Assembly: GCA_001804315.1 (NCBI GenBank)
Contig: MHFT01000050.1
Coordinates: forward strand, 4,600-68,599
Reading direction: 5' to 3'
Origin: Omnitrophica bacterium RIFCSPLOWO2_12_FULL_50_11
GTDB lineage: Bacteria > Omnitrophota > Omnitrophia > Omnitrophales > Danuiimicrobiaceae
Length of the DNA: 64,000 nt
Shown here: positions 36,707-46,542 of the stretch, one piece after another
Layout: every line of letters starts with the position of its first letter
Numbering within the stretch: the first letter of the stretch is position 1
Notes under the pieces: model-generated
What the model saw: only the letters and a program-made list of their open reading frames with translations
The model's database searches: none
What the model was told of the DNA's origin: nothing
Program-made: the position numbers and the translations under genes

Positions 36707-39700
36707 ATGGTTTTGGTGTGGGAATCGCTATGTCGCATGTTGATTTTGCTCATCTTCATTGTCATACGCAATTTTCTCTGCTGGATGCAACTTCAAAGAT
36801 ACCGCAGTTACTTAAACGAGCGGTGGATCTTCATTTTCCCGCGCTCGCCGTCACCGACCACGGCAATTTATTTGGCGCCATTTCTTTTTACGAAGAGGCC
36901 ATGCGGCAAGGAATCAAGCCCATTATCGGTATGGAAGCCTACGTAGCGCCTAAATCACGTTTTGACCGAACAGCTCACGGGATTAAAGAGGCTTCCTTTC
37001 ATCTGACGCTCTTATGCCGAAATGAAGTTGGGTATAAGAATTTGCTCAAACTGACCACTGCAAGTTACCTCGAAGGTTTCTATTATCGGCCTCGAATGGA
37101 TAAAGAGCTCCTTGCCAAACATCGCGAAGGATTGATCGCCCTCTCCGGTTGCTTGAAGGGGGAGGTACCCTACCATACGTGGCACGAACAATTGGACAAA
37201 GCAGAGGAGGCAATACGCGGATATATCGACATATTTGGAACCGAGAACTTTTATCTGGAGCTCATGGACCAAGGAATTGAAGCGCAGCAGAAACTTTTCC
37301 AGCACTATCCGAATTTTGCGCGCGCATTCGGCTTGAAACTCGTCGCGACGAATGATTGCCATTACATTCAACGTACGGATGCCGTGTCCCACGATGCCTT
37401 GATCTGCATCGGAACCGGTTCGCTCATTTCCGACGAAGACCGGATGCGGTACCACGGAGACCAGTTCTATTTAAAATCGGCGGAAGAAATGAAATCTCTG
37501 TTCCAAGGAGTTCCGGGAGCGGTTCGGAACACGATTGAAATCGTGGATCGGTGCAATTTGGAGATGGATTTCACGAAAACGCATCTTCCTATTTTTACGC
37601 CCCCAAATGGAAAAAAACAGGAAGGCTACCTTGAAGAACTGTGTTGCGAGCTGCTCAGAAAAAAAATGGGCGAGCAGATTCCTCAAGGGTATGTGGATCG
37701 GCTCCGCCACGAGCTGTCGGTGATTCGGAAGATGGGTTTTTCAGGTTACTTCTTAGTCGTGTGGGATTTTGTCCGCCATGCGCGCGAAAATTATGTTCCC
37801 GTAGGGCCGGGCCGGGGTTCTGTTGCAGGAAGCCTGGTCGCTTATGTCTTGGGGATTACGAGTTTGGATCCGATTCGACACGGTTTGATTTTCGAACGCT
37901 TCCTCAATCCAGAACGAATTTCGATGCCTGACATTGATATTGATTTTTGTTACGAGCGCCGCGATGAAGTCATCAACTATGTCGGCAAAAAATACGGCGA
38001 AGAAAGTGTAGCGCATATCATTACGTTTGGAACCATGGCAGCACGAGCGGTGATTCGGGATGTTGGACGCGTCATGGGGGTGAGTTATCAGGAAGTAGAT
38101 CAGCTTGCAAAACTGATTCCTGCCGAGTTGGACATGACGATCGATCGGGCGCTGCATATGGAGCCCAGGCTCAGAGATTTGGTAAATTCAGATGAGCGAG
38201 TTCGGAAACTCATCGAGACTTCGAAAGCACTTGAGGGGCTCTCACGTCACGCTTCCACCCATGCCGCAGGAATCGTCATTTCAGAAGGACCGCTCTCCGA
38301 TCATAGCCCGTTGTTTAAGGCCAATGACCAAATCACGACCCAATACGATATGGGAGCGGTTGAGCGCATCGGTCTTCTGAAGATGGATTTTCTCGGTTTG
38401 AAGACACTGACGGTAATAGACAAAGCCGCGAAACTTGTCCAGAGTCGCTGCGATGTTGAGATCGAAATTGAACGCATTCCACTGGATGATCCAGGGACCT
38501 ATCAAATGTTAGGCCGCGGGGAAGCGATTGGGGTGTTTCAGCTGGAAAGTTCGGGCATGCGAGACCTGTTACGGAAGATGAAACCGAGTCGTTTCGGGGA
38601 TCTTGTGGCTTTGCTCGCGCTTTTTCGTCCCGGGCCGATTGGGAGCGGTATGATTGATGATTTCATTCGAAGGATGCACAATCCTGCTTTGATCCAGTAC
38701 GATCACCCGGTTTTGGTACCGATCCTCAAGGAAACGTACGGCATTATTTTGTACCAAGAGCAGGTGATGCAGATTGTTTCAACGCTTGCGGGTTTCAGCA
38801 TGGCGAAAGCCGATTCACTCAGACGAGCGATTGGCAAAAAGATTCCTGAAATTATGGAACGTGAGAAAAAATCGTTCATCGACGGCGCGACGAAGAATCG
38901 AATTGACCCTAAAATCGCTGACCGAATTTGGAATCTAATCGAGTACTTTTCCGGTTACGGCTTTAACAAGAGCCACTCGACGGCGTATGCGTTCATCTCT
39001 TACCAGACTGCCTACTTAAAAGCGAATTATCCAAATGAGTATATGGCTGCCTTGCTCACATCAGAGCAAGACAATACGGACAAGATTGTTCGCTACATCG
39101 AGGAGTGCAAGCGGCTCCGGATTCCAGTGCTCCCGCCCTCCGTGAACGAAAGCTGCTCAGAGTTTGCCTGTGTCGGAGATACGATTCGGTTTGGTTTGAG
39201 CGCGGTAAAAAATGTCGGCCTGGGGTCTGTGGAGTCGATACTAGAAAGCCGCACAACGCAAGGTCGATTCAAGTCCTTACAAGATTTTACCGAGCGTGTC
39301 GATCTTCGGTTGTGTAATCGAAAGGTGCTGGAAAGTTTAATTAAGTGCGGGGCGTTCGATGATTTTGGATTGAAACGAGCGCAACTGATGGCCATGTTGG
39401 ATTCGGTGTTGAATGCGGGCGCAAGAGTCCAACATGATCGACAACGAGGTCAATTGTCCCTTTTGACGCAAATGGGGACAAAGGAGAGCTTTTTTGACAT
39501 TGTTACCTCGATCCCAAATGTTGAAGAGTGGGCTGAGAACGAATTGCTGGGCTATGAGCGGGAAATGCTCGGATTTTATGTGAGCGCGCACCCTCTTGCG
39601 AAGTATGAAAAAGCCCTTCGGACATTTGCGAGTGTGACGTCCGCTGGATTGCGAGATTTACGAGATCAAACGCAGCTGAGCATTGGTGGTGTCGTGAGTT

Positions 39701-40170
39701 CGAGAAAGGAAATTGTGACGAAGCGGGGAGATCGGATGGCCTTTATCGGCCTCGAAGATTTAGACGGTCGTTGCGAGGTGGTCGTATTCCCTGAGTTGTT
39801 CAAATCTTCATCTTCGTTGCTCCAAAAAGATGCGTGCGTATTTGTCCGTGGCAAGGTGAATGGGCGGGAGGACACGCCCAAGGTGATTGCCGAAGAAGTG
39901 ATTCCCCTTGATGAAGTTAAGAGAAAGCAGGTCAGAATGGTTTCCATAGACCTGCTGACCGCTGGGTTGGATTTGCAAACCCTGGAGCAACTGAAGGAGA
40001 TTTTGTCCCAGCATCCTGGAAAAACCCCCGTCCATATTAATTTTAAGGATTCGTCGGGTCGCAAAACCGTCCTCCATCCTGGGGATCGGTTTAGGGTTGA
40101 GACGAGTGAGCCATTGTTCGAAGAATTGGAGCGTCTGGTTGGTTCGGAAGCGGTTAAGATTAGCTGCTAA
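36700..40170 (+). CDS. dnaE: DNA polymerase III alpha subunit. True start probably MSHVDFAHLHCH at 36733
   Basis: PHP domain FAHLHCHTQFSLLDA, palm/fingers motifs, OB fold at C-terminus. 1156 aa. Confidence 0.9.
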   Translation: MTDGFGVGIAMSHVDFAHLHCHTQFSLLDATSKIPQLLKRAVDLHFPALAVTDHGNLFGAISFYEEAMRQGIKPIIGMEAYVAPKSRFDRTAHGIKEASFHLTLLCRNEVGYKNLLKLTTASYLEGFYYRPRMDKELLAKHREGLIALSGCLKGEVPYHTWHEQLDKAEEAIRGYIDIFGTENFYLELMDQGIEAQQKLFQHYPNFARAFGLKLVATNDCHYIQRTDAVSHDALICIGTGSLISDEDRMRYHGDQFYLKSAEEMKSLFQGVPGAVRNTIEIVDRCNLEMDFTKTHLPIFTPPNGKKQEGYLEELCCELLRKKMGEQIPQGYVDRLRHELSVIRKMGFSGYFLVVWDFVRHARENYVPVGPGRGSVAGSLVAYVLGITSLDPIRHGLIFERFLNPERISMPDIDIDFCYERRDEVINYVGKKYGEESVAHIITFGTMAARAVIRDVGRVMGVSYQEVDQLAKLIPAELDMTIDRALHMEPRLRDLVNSDERVRKLIETSKALEGLSRHASTHAAGIVISEGPLSDHSPLFKANDQITTQYDMGAVERIGLLKMDFLGLKTLTVIDKAAKLVQSRCDVEIEIERIPLDDPGTYQMLGRGEAIGVFQLESSGMRDLLRKMKPSRFGDLVALLALFRPGPIGSGMIDDFIRRMHNPALIQYDHPVLVPILKETYGIILYQEQVMQIVSTLAGFSMAKADSLRRAIGKKIPEIMEREKKSFIDGATKNRIDPKIADRIWNLIEYFSGYGFNKSHSTAYAFISYQTAYLKANYPNEYMAALLTSEQDNTDKIVRYIEECKRLRIPVLPPSVNESCSEFACVGDTIRFGLSAVKNVGLGSVESILESRTTQGRFKSLQDFTERVDLRLCNRKVLESLIKCGAFDDFGLKRAQLMAMLDSVLNAGARVQHDRQRGQLSLLTQMGTKESFFDIVTSIPNVEEWAENELLGYEREMLGFYVSAHPLAKYEKALRTFASVTSAGLRDLRDQTQLSIGGVVSSRKEIVTKRGDRMAFIGLEDLDGRCEVVVFPELFKSSSSLLQKDACVFVRGKVNGREDTPKVIAEEVIPLDEVKRKQVRMVSIDLLTAGLDLQTLEQLKEILSQHPGKTPVHINFKDSSGRKTVLHPGDRFRVETSEPLFEELERLVGSEAVKISC

Positions 40171-40226
40171 TCCCCACCACTTTGAGGAATGTTACGGGGG
40201 ACGCACCTTAAAGTGGTGGGGGGATC
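40169..40226. repeat. Family-A hairpin element copy (ATCCCCACCACTTTGAGG - 18-nt loop - CCTTAAAGTGGTGGGGGGAT). The dnaE stop TAA overlaps its first base
   Basis: 19-bp stem, 18-nt loop AATGTTACGGGGGACGCA. Confidence 0.85.
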
Positions 40227-40265
40227 GAACCCGTTTAGTTGAAACGTGTTAGGAAAAAAAATCCA

Positions 40266-40294
40266 TTGACACAGTAGAGGGAATTTGCTATTTT
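40266..40294 (+). promoter_or_regulatory. Candidate sigma-70 promoter for hup (TTGACA-17-TATTTT)
   Basis: TTGACA 40266-40271, TATTTT 40289-40294, about 100 nt upstream of the hup ATG. Confidence 0.5.
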
Positions 40295-40394
40295 CTTGCG
40301 ACATAAAGACTTAGCGCAACCGGTGTGAGGGGTTGGTTACGGTTCTTTAGCCGTTTCTACGTCAACAGCTTTGGTGGACCGGGAGGTAAGAATA

Positions 40395-40667
40395 ATGACC
40401 AAAAAAGATATCGTCACCAAAGTCTCCAACGAGACCAATCTCACCCAGATAGATGTAAAAAGAATCGTCCAGCGCACCTTGGATTGTGTACTCGAGAGTT
40501 TGGAACGGGGTGAGACAGTCGAGTTGCGCAATTTTGGTGTTTTCAAGGTAAAGACCCGCAAGGGTAGAATTGGCCGGAACCCGAGGACCGGACAAGAAGT
40601 TCAGGTTCCCGAAAAGAAGGTAGTTGTGTTCAAACCGGGACTTGTTCTGAAAAATCAGGTGAAATAA
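40395..40667 (+). CDS. hup: HU-family nucleoid-associated DNA-binding protein. Start trimmed to MTKKDIV with SD GGGAGG
   Basis: TKKDIVTKVSNETNLTQIDVKRIV...FGVFKVKTRKGRIGRNPRTGQEVQVPEKKVVVFKPG (HU arm motif). Confidence 0.85.
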   Translation: MTKKDIVTKVSNETNLTQIDVKRIVQRTLDCVLESLERGETVELRNFGVFKVKTRKGRIGRNPRTGQEVQVPEKKVVVFKPGLVLKNQVK

Positions 40668-40687
40668 GCTGAAGTGTGGAGGAAGCA

Positions 40688-40918
40688 ATGTCAGTTAGAG
40701 GGAAGGTGAAGTGGTTTTCGAATGTGAAGGGTTATGGTTTTATCGAACAGGAAGGTGGACAAGACGTGTTTGTTCACTATTCCATGGTTCAAGGCCAAGG
40801 GTACAAAACACTGTCCGAAGGTGATGTGGTTACCTTCGATATCGTCCAAGGTGAAAAAGGACCCCAAGCCTCAAATGTCGTAAAGGAAGAGCCAGCAGCA
40901 TCAGATCAAAAAAGCTAA
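40688..40918 (+). CDS. Cold-shock protein (CspA family)
   Basis: [28 protein letters not shown] (RNP1/RNP2). Confidence 0.85.
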   Translation: MSVRGKVKWFSNVKGYGFIEQEGGQDVFVHYSMVQGQGYKTLSEGDVVTFDIVQGEKGPQASNVVKEEPAASDQKS

Positions 40919-41007
40919 GCCATCCTTTTTTCACTTAACCATTATTCTTACATCGAAGGTCTCGTAGGCGCAAATTTATATTTGGCCAGTGAGACCTTTG
41001 TTATTTT

Positions 41008-41805
41008 ATGACCAGGAGACTCAAACGGTTTTACGTGTCTTCATCTCTGGAGGCAAGAGACAATCGTCACCAAAGTGGAAAGGAGGCGACCGTCCTTCTC
41101 ACACAGGAGGAGACACATTATCTTAAACGTGTGCTGCGGATGAAACGGGGAGATCGGTGTCTTCTATTTGATCGGAGAGGAAGTGAATTCTTAAGCTGTC
41201 TGGACCGTGTCGATCCCAGTGGAAGGTGTGCAGTCAAGCTGCTTCGACCGATGACGCGTACGCGACGTGAGCGGTTCACACTGTCAGTCGCGCAATCAGT
41301 CCCGCAGCACAGGAAAATGGATGAGATCGTCCGCAAAGCAGCAGAGCTTGGGGTGTTTGAACTGATTCCTATGGTGACCGACCGCACTGTGGTACGAATG
41401 AGCAAGGAGCGCGAAGTTCAGGTGGATCAACGTTGGGACAGGTTGGTGGCCCAGACGCTGCAGCAATCGCGGATCGAAACGTTTCCCCAAATTCGACCGA
41501 TGACATCGTTTCAAACCCTCTGCGCTGAACTCGAGAAGTTCGATCAAGTTTTTCTGTTTCATCCGTCTCCTGAAGCACGTCCCATTCGTGATTTGCTGCG
41601 TCCGCAGGCTGAAGGTGAATGCGGTGACGAGCATCGGTCGGTTCGCATTTTGCTTTTGATCGGGCCGGAAGGCGGGTTTACGGATCGAGAGATTAAGGCA
41701 TCCCAAGCTTGCGGTGCGAAGCTTGTCCGGATGAGCACTGGAATCATGAAATCAGACACTGCGTTTGTTGCGGCAACGAGCTTGATTCGATGTATGTATG
41801 AGTAG
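41008..41805 (+). CDS. rsmE: 16S rRNA (uracil1498-N3)-methyltransferase RsmE
   Basis: PUA-like N-terminus; SPOUT C-terminus LLIGPEGGFTDREI. Confidence 0.8.
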   Translation: MTRRLKRFYVSSSLEARDNRHQSGKEATVLLTQEETHYLKRVLRMKRGDRCLLFDRRGSEFLSCLDRVDPSGRCAVKLLRPMTRTRRERFTLSVAQSVPQHRKMDEIVRKAAELGVFELIPMVTDRTVVRMSKEREVQVDQRWDRLVAQTLQQSRIETFPQIRPMTSFQTLCAELEKFDQVFLFHPSPEARPIRDLLRPQAEGECGDEHRSVRILLLIGPEGGFTDREIKASQACGAKLVRMSTGIMKSDTAFVAATSLIRCMYE

Positions 41806-41860
41806 CAACGTCATGCGAGGCCAACAACCCAAGCAATGGCCGAAGTAATTGCAACTGCAC

Positions 41861-41954
41861 CGTCATTGCGAGGAAGCGAACCAGGCGAAGACGAAGCAAT
41901 CTCAGAACCTAGATTGCTTCGGCATTGCTTTGGGACTCAGCCTCGCAATGACGG
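41861..41954. repeat. Family-B nested inverted-repeat element: GTCATTGCGAGG ... GAAGCAATCT ... AGATTGCTTC ... CCTCGCAATGACGG
   Basis: Outer 12-13-bp arms at 41861-73/41941-54, inner 10-bp arms at 41893-902/41911-20. Creates a spurious 42-aa N-terminal extension of mtaB in the ORF track. Confidence 0.85.
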
Positions 41955-41961
41955 ATGCGTG

Positions 41962-43338
41962 ATGTCTTCGTCCTTGCCCGGATCGCTTCTTCGCAGTGAC
42001 GAACCTTTTCGGAGGAAAACGGTTAAATTTTCAACGCTTGGATGTCGCTTGAATCAATACGAAACTCAAGCCATTCGGGAACAGTTTCTGCGAGGCGGCT
42101 ATGAGGAAACTGGCGATGCTCAAGATGCGGATGTGTTCGTCTTAAATACGTGTTCGGTTACAAGCGAAAGTGACCGTCAAAGCCGTTATCTCATCCGCCG
42201 ATTTCACCGTTCGAAGCCGGAGGGAAAAGTGGTGGTGACCGGTTGTTACGCAGAACGAAATAGGGAAGAAATTGAAGCCATTCCGGGCGTGACTCTGACC
42301 GTATTGAACCGAGAGAAATCAGAGCTCTATGACTTGTTTGAACGTCACGGTCGTGACCCAAGCTGTCTCAGACGAGCGGAACCTGCGCCGCGGCGGCGTT
42401 TTGCACCACTTCAAATTTCCCACTTTGAGGGACGAAGTCGCGCCTATGTGAAGGTTCAAGATGGATGTAATCATGCCTGTTCGTTTTGTAAGGTCGTGCT
42501 TGCGCGTGGTCCTTCTCGGAGCCGGCCGGTTGAGAAAGTCGTCGAAGAAGCGAGACGTCTTGTTGACGACGGCTATTTGGAAGTGGTTCTGACAGGGATT
42601 CAGTTGGGGGCGTACGGTTATGACCTCCGGAAACGTCAAATGCTTGTGGATCTGCTTGGGCTTTTGCCTCAAATCCCGGGGCTCGAGCGGATCCGTTTAA
42701 GTTCCATTGAGCCTACGGATGTGACGGATGAACTTATTTCTTCGATGGCTTCGAACCCAAAGGTTTGTCCTCATCTTCATATTCCGCTTCAAAGTGGCGC
42801 GGATCAAGTACTCGAGCGTATGAACCGCCGGTATCGAAGAAGTGCCTATACGGACTTGATACATCAGTTGAGGGGTTCCATAAACAATTTTGTACTGACG
42901 ACGGATGTGATGATCGGGTTTCCTGGTGAAACGAGTGAAGATTTCGAGCAAACGGTCGAGGTTCTCGAGGAGACAGAGCCGTACAAGCTCCACATTTTTC
43001 CATTTAGTCCGCGCGAGGGAACGCGGGCAGCACGCTTTCAGAATACGGTCGCCTCGGATGAAGTACGCGGACGACGGCACCTAGCCTATCAGCTGGAAAA
43101 GAAGCTTCGGAGAAGGGTTCAAGAAAGATTTCTGGGCCATACGGTAGACGTTTTGGCGGAGGAAACACGACGCGGACAAGGTTGGACAACAGGGCGGAGT
43201 CGTCATTACCTCAAAGTGCGTTTCTCAGTTCCCGGAGCGCAGCCCGGGTTGTGCTATCCAGTGCGAATGACACAAATCGAGGGCGATGAGTTGCTTGGCT
43301 ACGCAGTCGCAGACAGTGTTTTTCAATCTGACACATAA
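41962..43338 (+). CDS. mtaB: Radical-SAM methylthiotransferase, MtaB-like (tRNA ms2t6A). Start trimmed to MSSSLPG
   Basis: UPF0004 N-terminal domain VKFSTLGCRLNQYETQAI, radical SAM CNHACSFC, C-terminal TRAM. Confidence 0.75.
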   Translation: MSSSLPGSLLRSDEPFRRKTVKFSTLGCRLNQYETQAIREQFLRGGYEETGDAQDADVFVLNTCSVTSESDRQSRYLIRRFHRSKPEGKVVVTGCYAERNREEIEAIPGVTLTVLNREKSELYDLFERHGRDPSCLRRAEPAPRRRFAPLQISHFEGRSRAYVKVQDGCNHACSFCKVVLARGPSRSRPVEKVVEEARRLVDDGYLEVVLTGIQLGAYGYDLRKRQMLVDLLGLLPQIPGLERIRLSSIEPTDVTDELISSMASNPKVCPHLHIPLQSGADQVLERMNRRYRRSAYTDLIHQLRGSINNFVLTTDVMIGFPGETSEDFEQTVEVLEETEPYKLHIFPFSPREGTRAARFQNTVASDEVRGRRHLAYQLEKKLRRRVQERFLGHTVDVLAEETRRGQGWTTGRSRHYLKVRFSVPGAQPGLCYPVRMTQIEGDELLGYAVADSVFQSDT

Positions 43339-43339
43339 C

Positions 43340-43879
43340 ATGGAAACATATTCCTATTGGCTCTTGATTTGGAAGTATATGGGATGGATCGACGTTGTCT
43401 TTGTCATCGCGTTTGCGGTGGGTGTCTTCCTAGGCCTGAACAGAGGTTTTGGGAAAATGTTGCGTCGGGTGAGTGAAGTTTTGGTGGCGCAGGTCGTTGT
43501 ACTCGAATATTACCAAGCTCTTGCGCAGGCGGTTCACGTTCGTATTCCGATTCCAATTCAGCTGCTTGAGATCTTTATGTTTGCTGCTCTCGCGATTGGG
43601 TCGATTCTCGCTATTTTATTTTTGTTTCAGGTGTTATCTGCAATTGTGTTCATTGAAGCAACACCGTTTGTAAGAAATATATTGGGAGGGATCATCGGTG
43701 GCGTTTATTTTGTTTTACTGCTGGGCCTTCTTTCGTCCTTTTTATTGATGTTTCCAAATCCGTGGATGCATGACAGCTTTCATAAAAGTGCCCTGAGCGG
43801 CCCTTTTCTGGCAGAGCTGACTCCCCAAGTGCACGGGTGGGCGAAGTCGTTCATTCTGGAACGTCTATCGGCACCGTGA
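43340..43879 (+). CDS. cvpA: CvpA-family membrane protein (colicin V production protein-like)
   Basis: Four TM helices beginning WIDVVFVIAFAVGVFLGLNRGF. Confidence 0.65.
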   Translation: METYSYWLLIWKYMGWIDVVFVIAFAVGVFLGLNRGFGKMLRRVSEVLVAQVVVLEYYQALAQAVHVRIPIPIQLLEIFMFAALAIGSILAILFLFQVLSAIVFIEATPFVRNILGGIIGGVYFVLLLGLLSSFLLMFPNPWMHDSFHKSALSGPFLAELTPQVHGWAKSFILERLSAP

Positions 43880-43950
43880 AACTGCTTGCACCGTTTTCTC
43901 CTCCACCTCAACCCATTCACTCCGAAGGGGGAACCGAGAGGGTGAGGGGG

Positions 43951-44544
43951 TTGAAACCGCTCGACCGGTCTTTTTATAATCGTTGTACTCAGATTGTTGC
44001 GTATGAATTGATTGGAAAGATCCTTACCTTTCGCGAAGGACAGTCGCTACTACGCGGCCGAATCGTCGAGACAGAGGCTTATCTCGGCAAGGAAGATCGA
44101 GCGAGCCACGCGTATCGGGGTGTGACGCCTCGGAATCGTGTCATGTTCGGGCCGCCGGGCTTTAGCTATGTCTATTTTACTTATGGGAATCATCACTGTT
44201 TGAATATTGTGACGGAGCTGGAGGGCATGCCAGGAGCGGTATTGATTCGAGCCGCAGAGCCGCTGACGGGGATTTCGGTGATGAGGAAGCGGAGGAGGCA
44301 GGAGGCAACGGTACAATTAACGAATGGCCCGGGAAAGTTAACACAAGCGTTTGGAATTACACGGGAACATTCCGGCCGTGATATGACCACCGAACCTCTT
44401 TGCGTTACTGAGGCGCGCGATGACAAAGACATAGACTTTTCCTCGGTCCATATTCGAGCCGCAACGAGGATCGGCATCCGCCACGGGAAAAAGTTGCCGT
44501 TTCGATTTTATCTGATGGGCAATCCTTTCGTTTCGGCAGGTTGA
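43951..44544 (+). CDS. mpg: DNA-3-methyladenine glycosylase (Mpg/AAG family). Start uncertain: GTG at 43945 or TTG at 43951
   Basis: VAYELIGKIL...RIVETEAYLGKEDRASHAYRGVTPRNRVMFGPPGFSYVYFTYGNHHCLNIV. Confidence 0.8.
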   Translation: MKPLDRSFYNRCTQIVAYELIGKILTFREGQSLLRGRIVETEAYLGKEDRASHAYRGVTPRNRVMFGPPGFSYVYFTYGNHHCLNIVTELEGMPGAVLIRAAEPLTGISVMRKRRRQEATVQLTNGPGKLTQAFGITREHSGRDMTTEPLCVTEARDDKDIDFSSVHIRAATRIGIRHGKKLPFRFYLMGNPFVSAG

Positions 44545-44547
44545 TCG

Positions 44548-46329
44548 ATGGCTTTCAGCGAGCAAGTGATTGATCAAGTCCAGCAAGCGAGCGATATTGT
44601 GGATGTGGTTTCTTCTTATGTTCCGCTCAAGCGGGCAGGTCGTAACTATAAAGCGCTTTGTCCGTTTCATCACGAAAAAACCCCGTCTTTTATGGTGAAT
44701 CCCGACAAGCAAATCTTTCACTGCTTCGGTTGTGGCGTTGGAGGCGATGTCTTTTCATTCGTGATGAAACATGAACAGATGGGCTTTCCGGAAGCGCTCC
44801 GGCATCTGGCCGATCGCGCACGGATTTGTCTCCCCGAAGCTAGTGACACAACACCGGAAGCGCGTTCTCTCAACGAGCGGTTGTATCAGATTTATGCCCT
44901 TGCTTCAGAATTTTATCATACTCGTCTGACGAATCCTGCACTGGGAGAGCAGGCACGATCGTACTTGGCCAAACGTAGTTTTGATCTAGAGGCGGTTAAG
45001 ACGTTTCAGTTGGGTTTTGCACCCCCCGAATGGCGCGCACTTCTTCAGATGTTGACCAAAAAAGGATTTCGGGACGAAGAACTGCTTCGTTCCGGGTTGA
45101 TTGTCCGATCGGTCCAAGGCGAAGCGTATGACCTTTTTCGAAACCGTATCATATTCCCCATTATGAACGCGCAAGGCAAGCTGATCGCATTTGGTGGTCG
45201 GGTTCTGGGTGATGAAACGCCCAAATATCTGAACTCACCTGAAACCTCAATTTTCAAGAAGCGGAAGGAGCTGTATGCACTCCACCTTGCGAAACGATTT
45301 ATTTCTGCCCCTGGTGCCATTCGCCGTGTCCTCATAACGGAAGGCTATCTGGACTGCATTCGCCTTTACATGAGTGGTTTTCAAAATGTGGTTGCGAGTC
45401 TAGGGACTTCGCTGACCGAAGAGCACGTTCGGAATCTCAAGCGTTATGCAGATGAAGCGATTGTGATTTTTGATCCGGATCCGGCAGGTGAACAAGCATC
45501 GTTGAGAAGTCTGGACCTTTTTCTTGAGGAGGGGATGGCGGTTAAAGTGCTCTCACTCCCTCAGGGGATTGATCCGGATGACTTCGTTCGGGCGCGCGGA
45601 CCAGAGGCGATGAAGCCGTTGATAGAAGAAAGCCAGGATTTTTTTGACTTTAAGCTTCGTGTCCTTCTCGCGCGTTACAACCGGTCGGATTCACTTGGAC
45701 TCTTGAAGGTTACAGGAGAGTTTTTAGACAGTATTTCCAAAATTAAGAATGCGGTACTTGTAGACCGCTATTTAAAACGGTTGTCAGCGAATTTAGGTGT
45801 TGAAGAAACATCGTTACGTTCTGAATTAAAGAAGTTGAAACAGAAGCAGACGTCACTCCGGTTCACCAAACCAGCCGGCTCGCAAGTCGGCCAGACGAGT
45901 GACAAGGAGGGACCATTTGAGAATATCCTCCTAAGTTTACTCCTTAATGAACCGATGCATTTAACCGTTTTCCAGGAGATGTTTCCTCATTTTGTGTTTT
46001 CGAGCGAGAAAGCAAATAAGGTGCTCCATCTGCTCGGCCAAATGGCTCATGAAGAGGCGCTGTCTCGGCATTCGGCTTCAAAATTGTTGAATCGGGTCAG
46101 AGACCCTGAGTTGAAAAACTACGTCAGTAACTTGCTCGTCAGGGAGTGGGGCTCAGCGCGCGATCGGGACCGTGCATTTCATGACTGTATGGAACGGCTG
46201 AGGAAGGGGGAACGATCGGAGCAGCTCAAAGCGCTTCGCCATCAGATTTCGCAGGCAGAAAAGACAGGTGACGAGAAGCTGGTTCTCCAGTATGTTAGGG
46301 AATATCAAGGGTTACTTGGAAAGGGGTGA
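44548..46329 (+). CDS. dnaG: DNA primase
   Basis: Zinc ribbon CPFHHEKTPSFMVNPDKQIFHCFGCGVGGD, TOPRIM EGYLD...DPDPAG. Confidence 0.9.
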   Translation: MAFSEQVIDQVQQASDIVDVVSSYVPLKRAGRNYKALCPFHHEKTPSFMVNPDKQIFHCFGCGVGGDVFSFVMKHEQMGFPEALRHLADRARICLPEASDTTPEARSLNERLYQIYALASEFYHTRLTNPALGEQARSYLAKRSFDLEAVKTFQLGFAPPEWRALLQMLTKKGFRDEELLRSGLIVRSVQGEAYDLFRNRIIFPIMNAQGKLIAFGGRVLGDETPKYLNSPETSIFKKRKELYALHLAKRFISAPGAIRRVLITEGYLDCIRLYMSGFQNVVASLGTSLTEEHVRNLKRYADEAIVIFDPDPAGEQASLRSLDLFLEEGMAVKVLSLPQGIDPDDFVRARGPEAMKPLIEESQDFFDFKLRVLLARYNRSDSLGLLKVTGEFLDSISKIKNAVLVDRYLKRLSANLGVEETSLRSELKKLKQKQTSLRFTKPAGSQVGQTSDKEGPFENILLSLLLNEPMHLTVFQEMFPHFVFSSEKANKVLHLLGQMAHEEALSRHSASKLLNRVRDPELKNYVSNLLVREWGSARDRDRAFHDCMERLRKGERSEQLKALRHQISQAEKTGDEKLVLQYVREYQGLLGKG

Positions 46330-46342
46330 CGTGAGGTAAGGA

Positions 46343-46536
46343 TTTAGTCCGGTTTTCTCATCAATTTGGCGGATTGATGAGAAAACCGCTTTGGACGCAC
46401 GAAGTTGCGTCCAAAGTTTTGCGCCCCTGTCAAAACGGGGCGCAAAAGACAACCCCTGTGGTACAAATGGACAAGCCCATTTGCACCACAGCCTCTTCGA
46501 GGGCATTTCTCATTGGCGATGAGAAATGCGGGTTAG
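46343..46536 (+). repeat. Multi-hairpin element copy 2 (194 bp, five consecutive perfect hairpins), between dnaG and rpoD
   Basis: Same hairpin series as 24018-24271 minus the 59-nt insert. Differences from copy 1 fall in loops (TGTCAAAAC vs TCTCAAAAT). Confidence 0.85.
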
Positions 46537-46542
46537 GATTCT

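Noticed and set aside
41836-41961. N-terminal extensions of mtaB (42 aa), dnaE (11 aa) and pyrK (8 aa) that start at ATGs inside family-B termini
   Set aside because: The extensions are encoded by repeat arms and have no counterpart in the conserved N-termini of these families. Downstream ATGs with better context exist. Kept only as an observation about the repeats.
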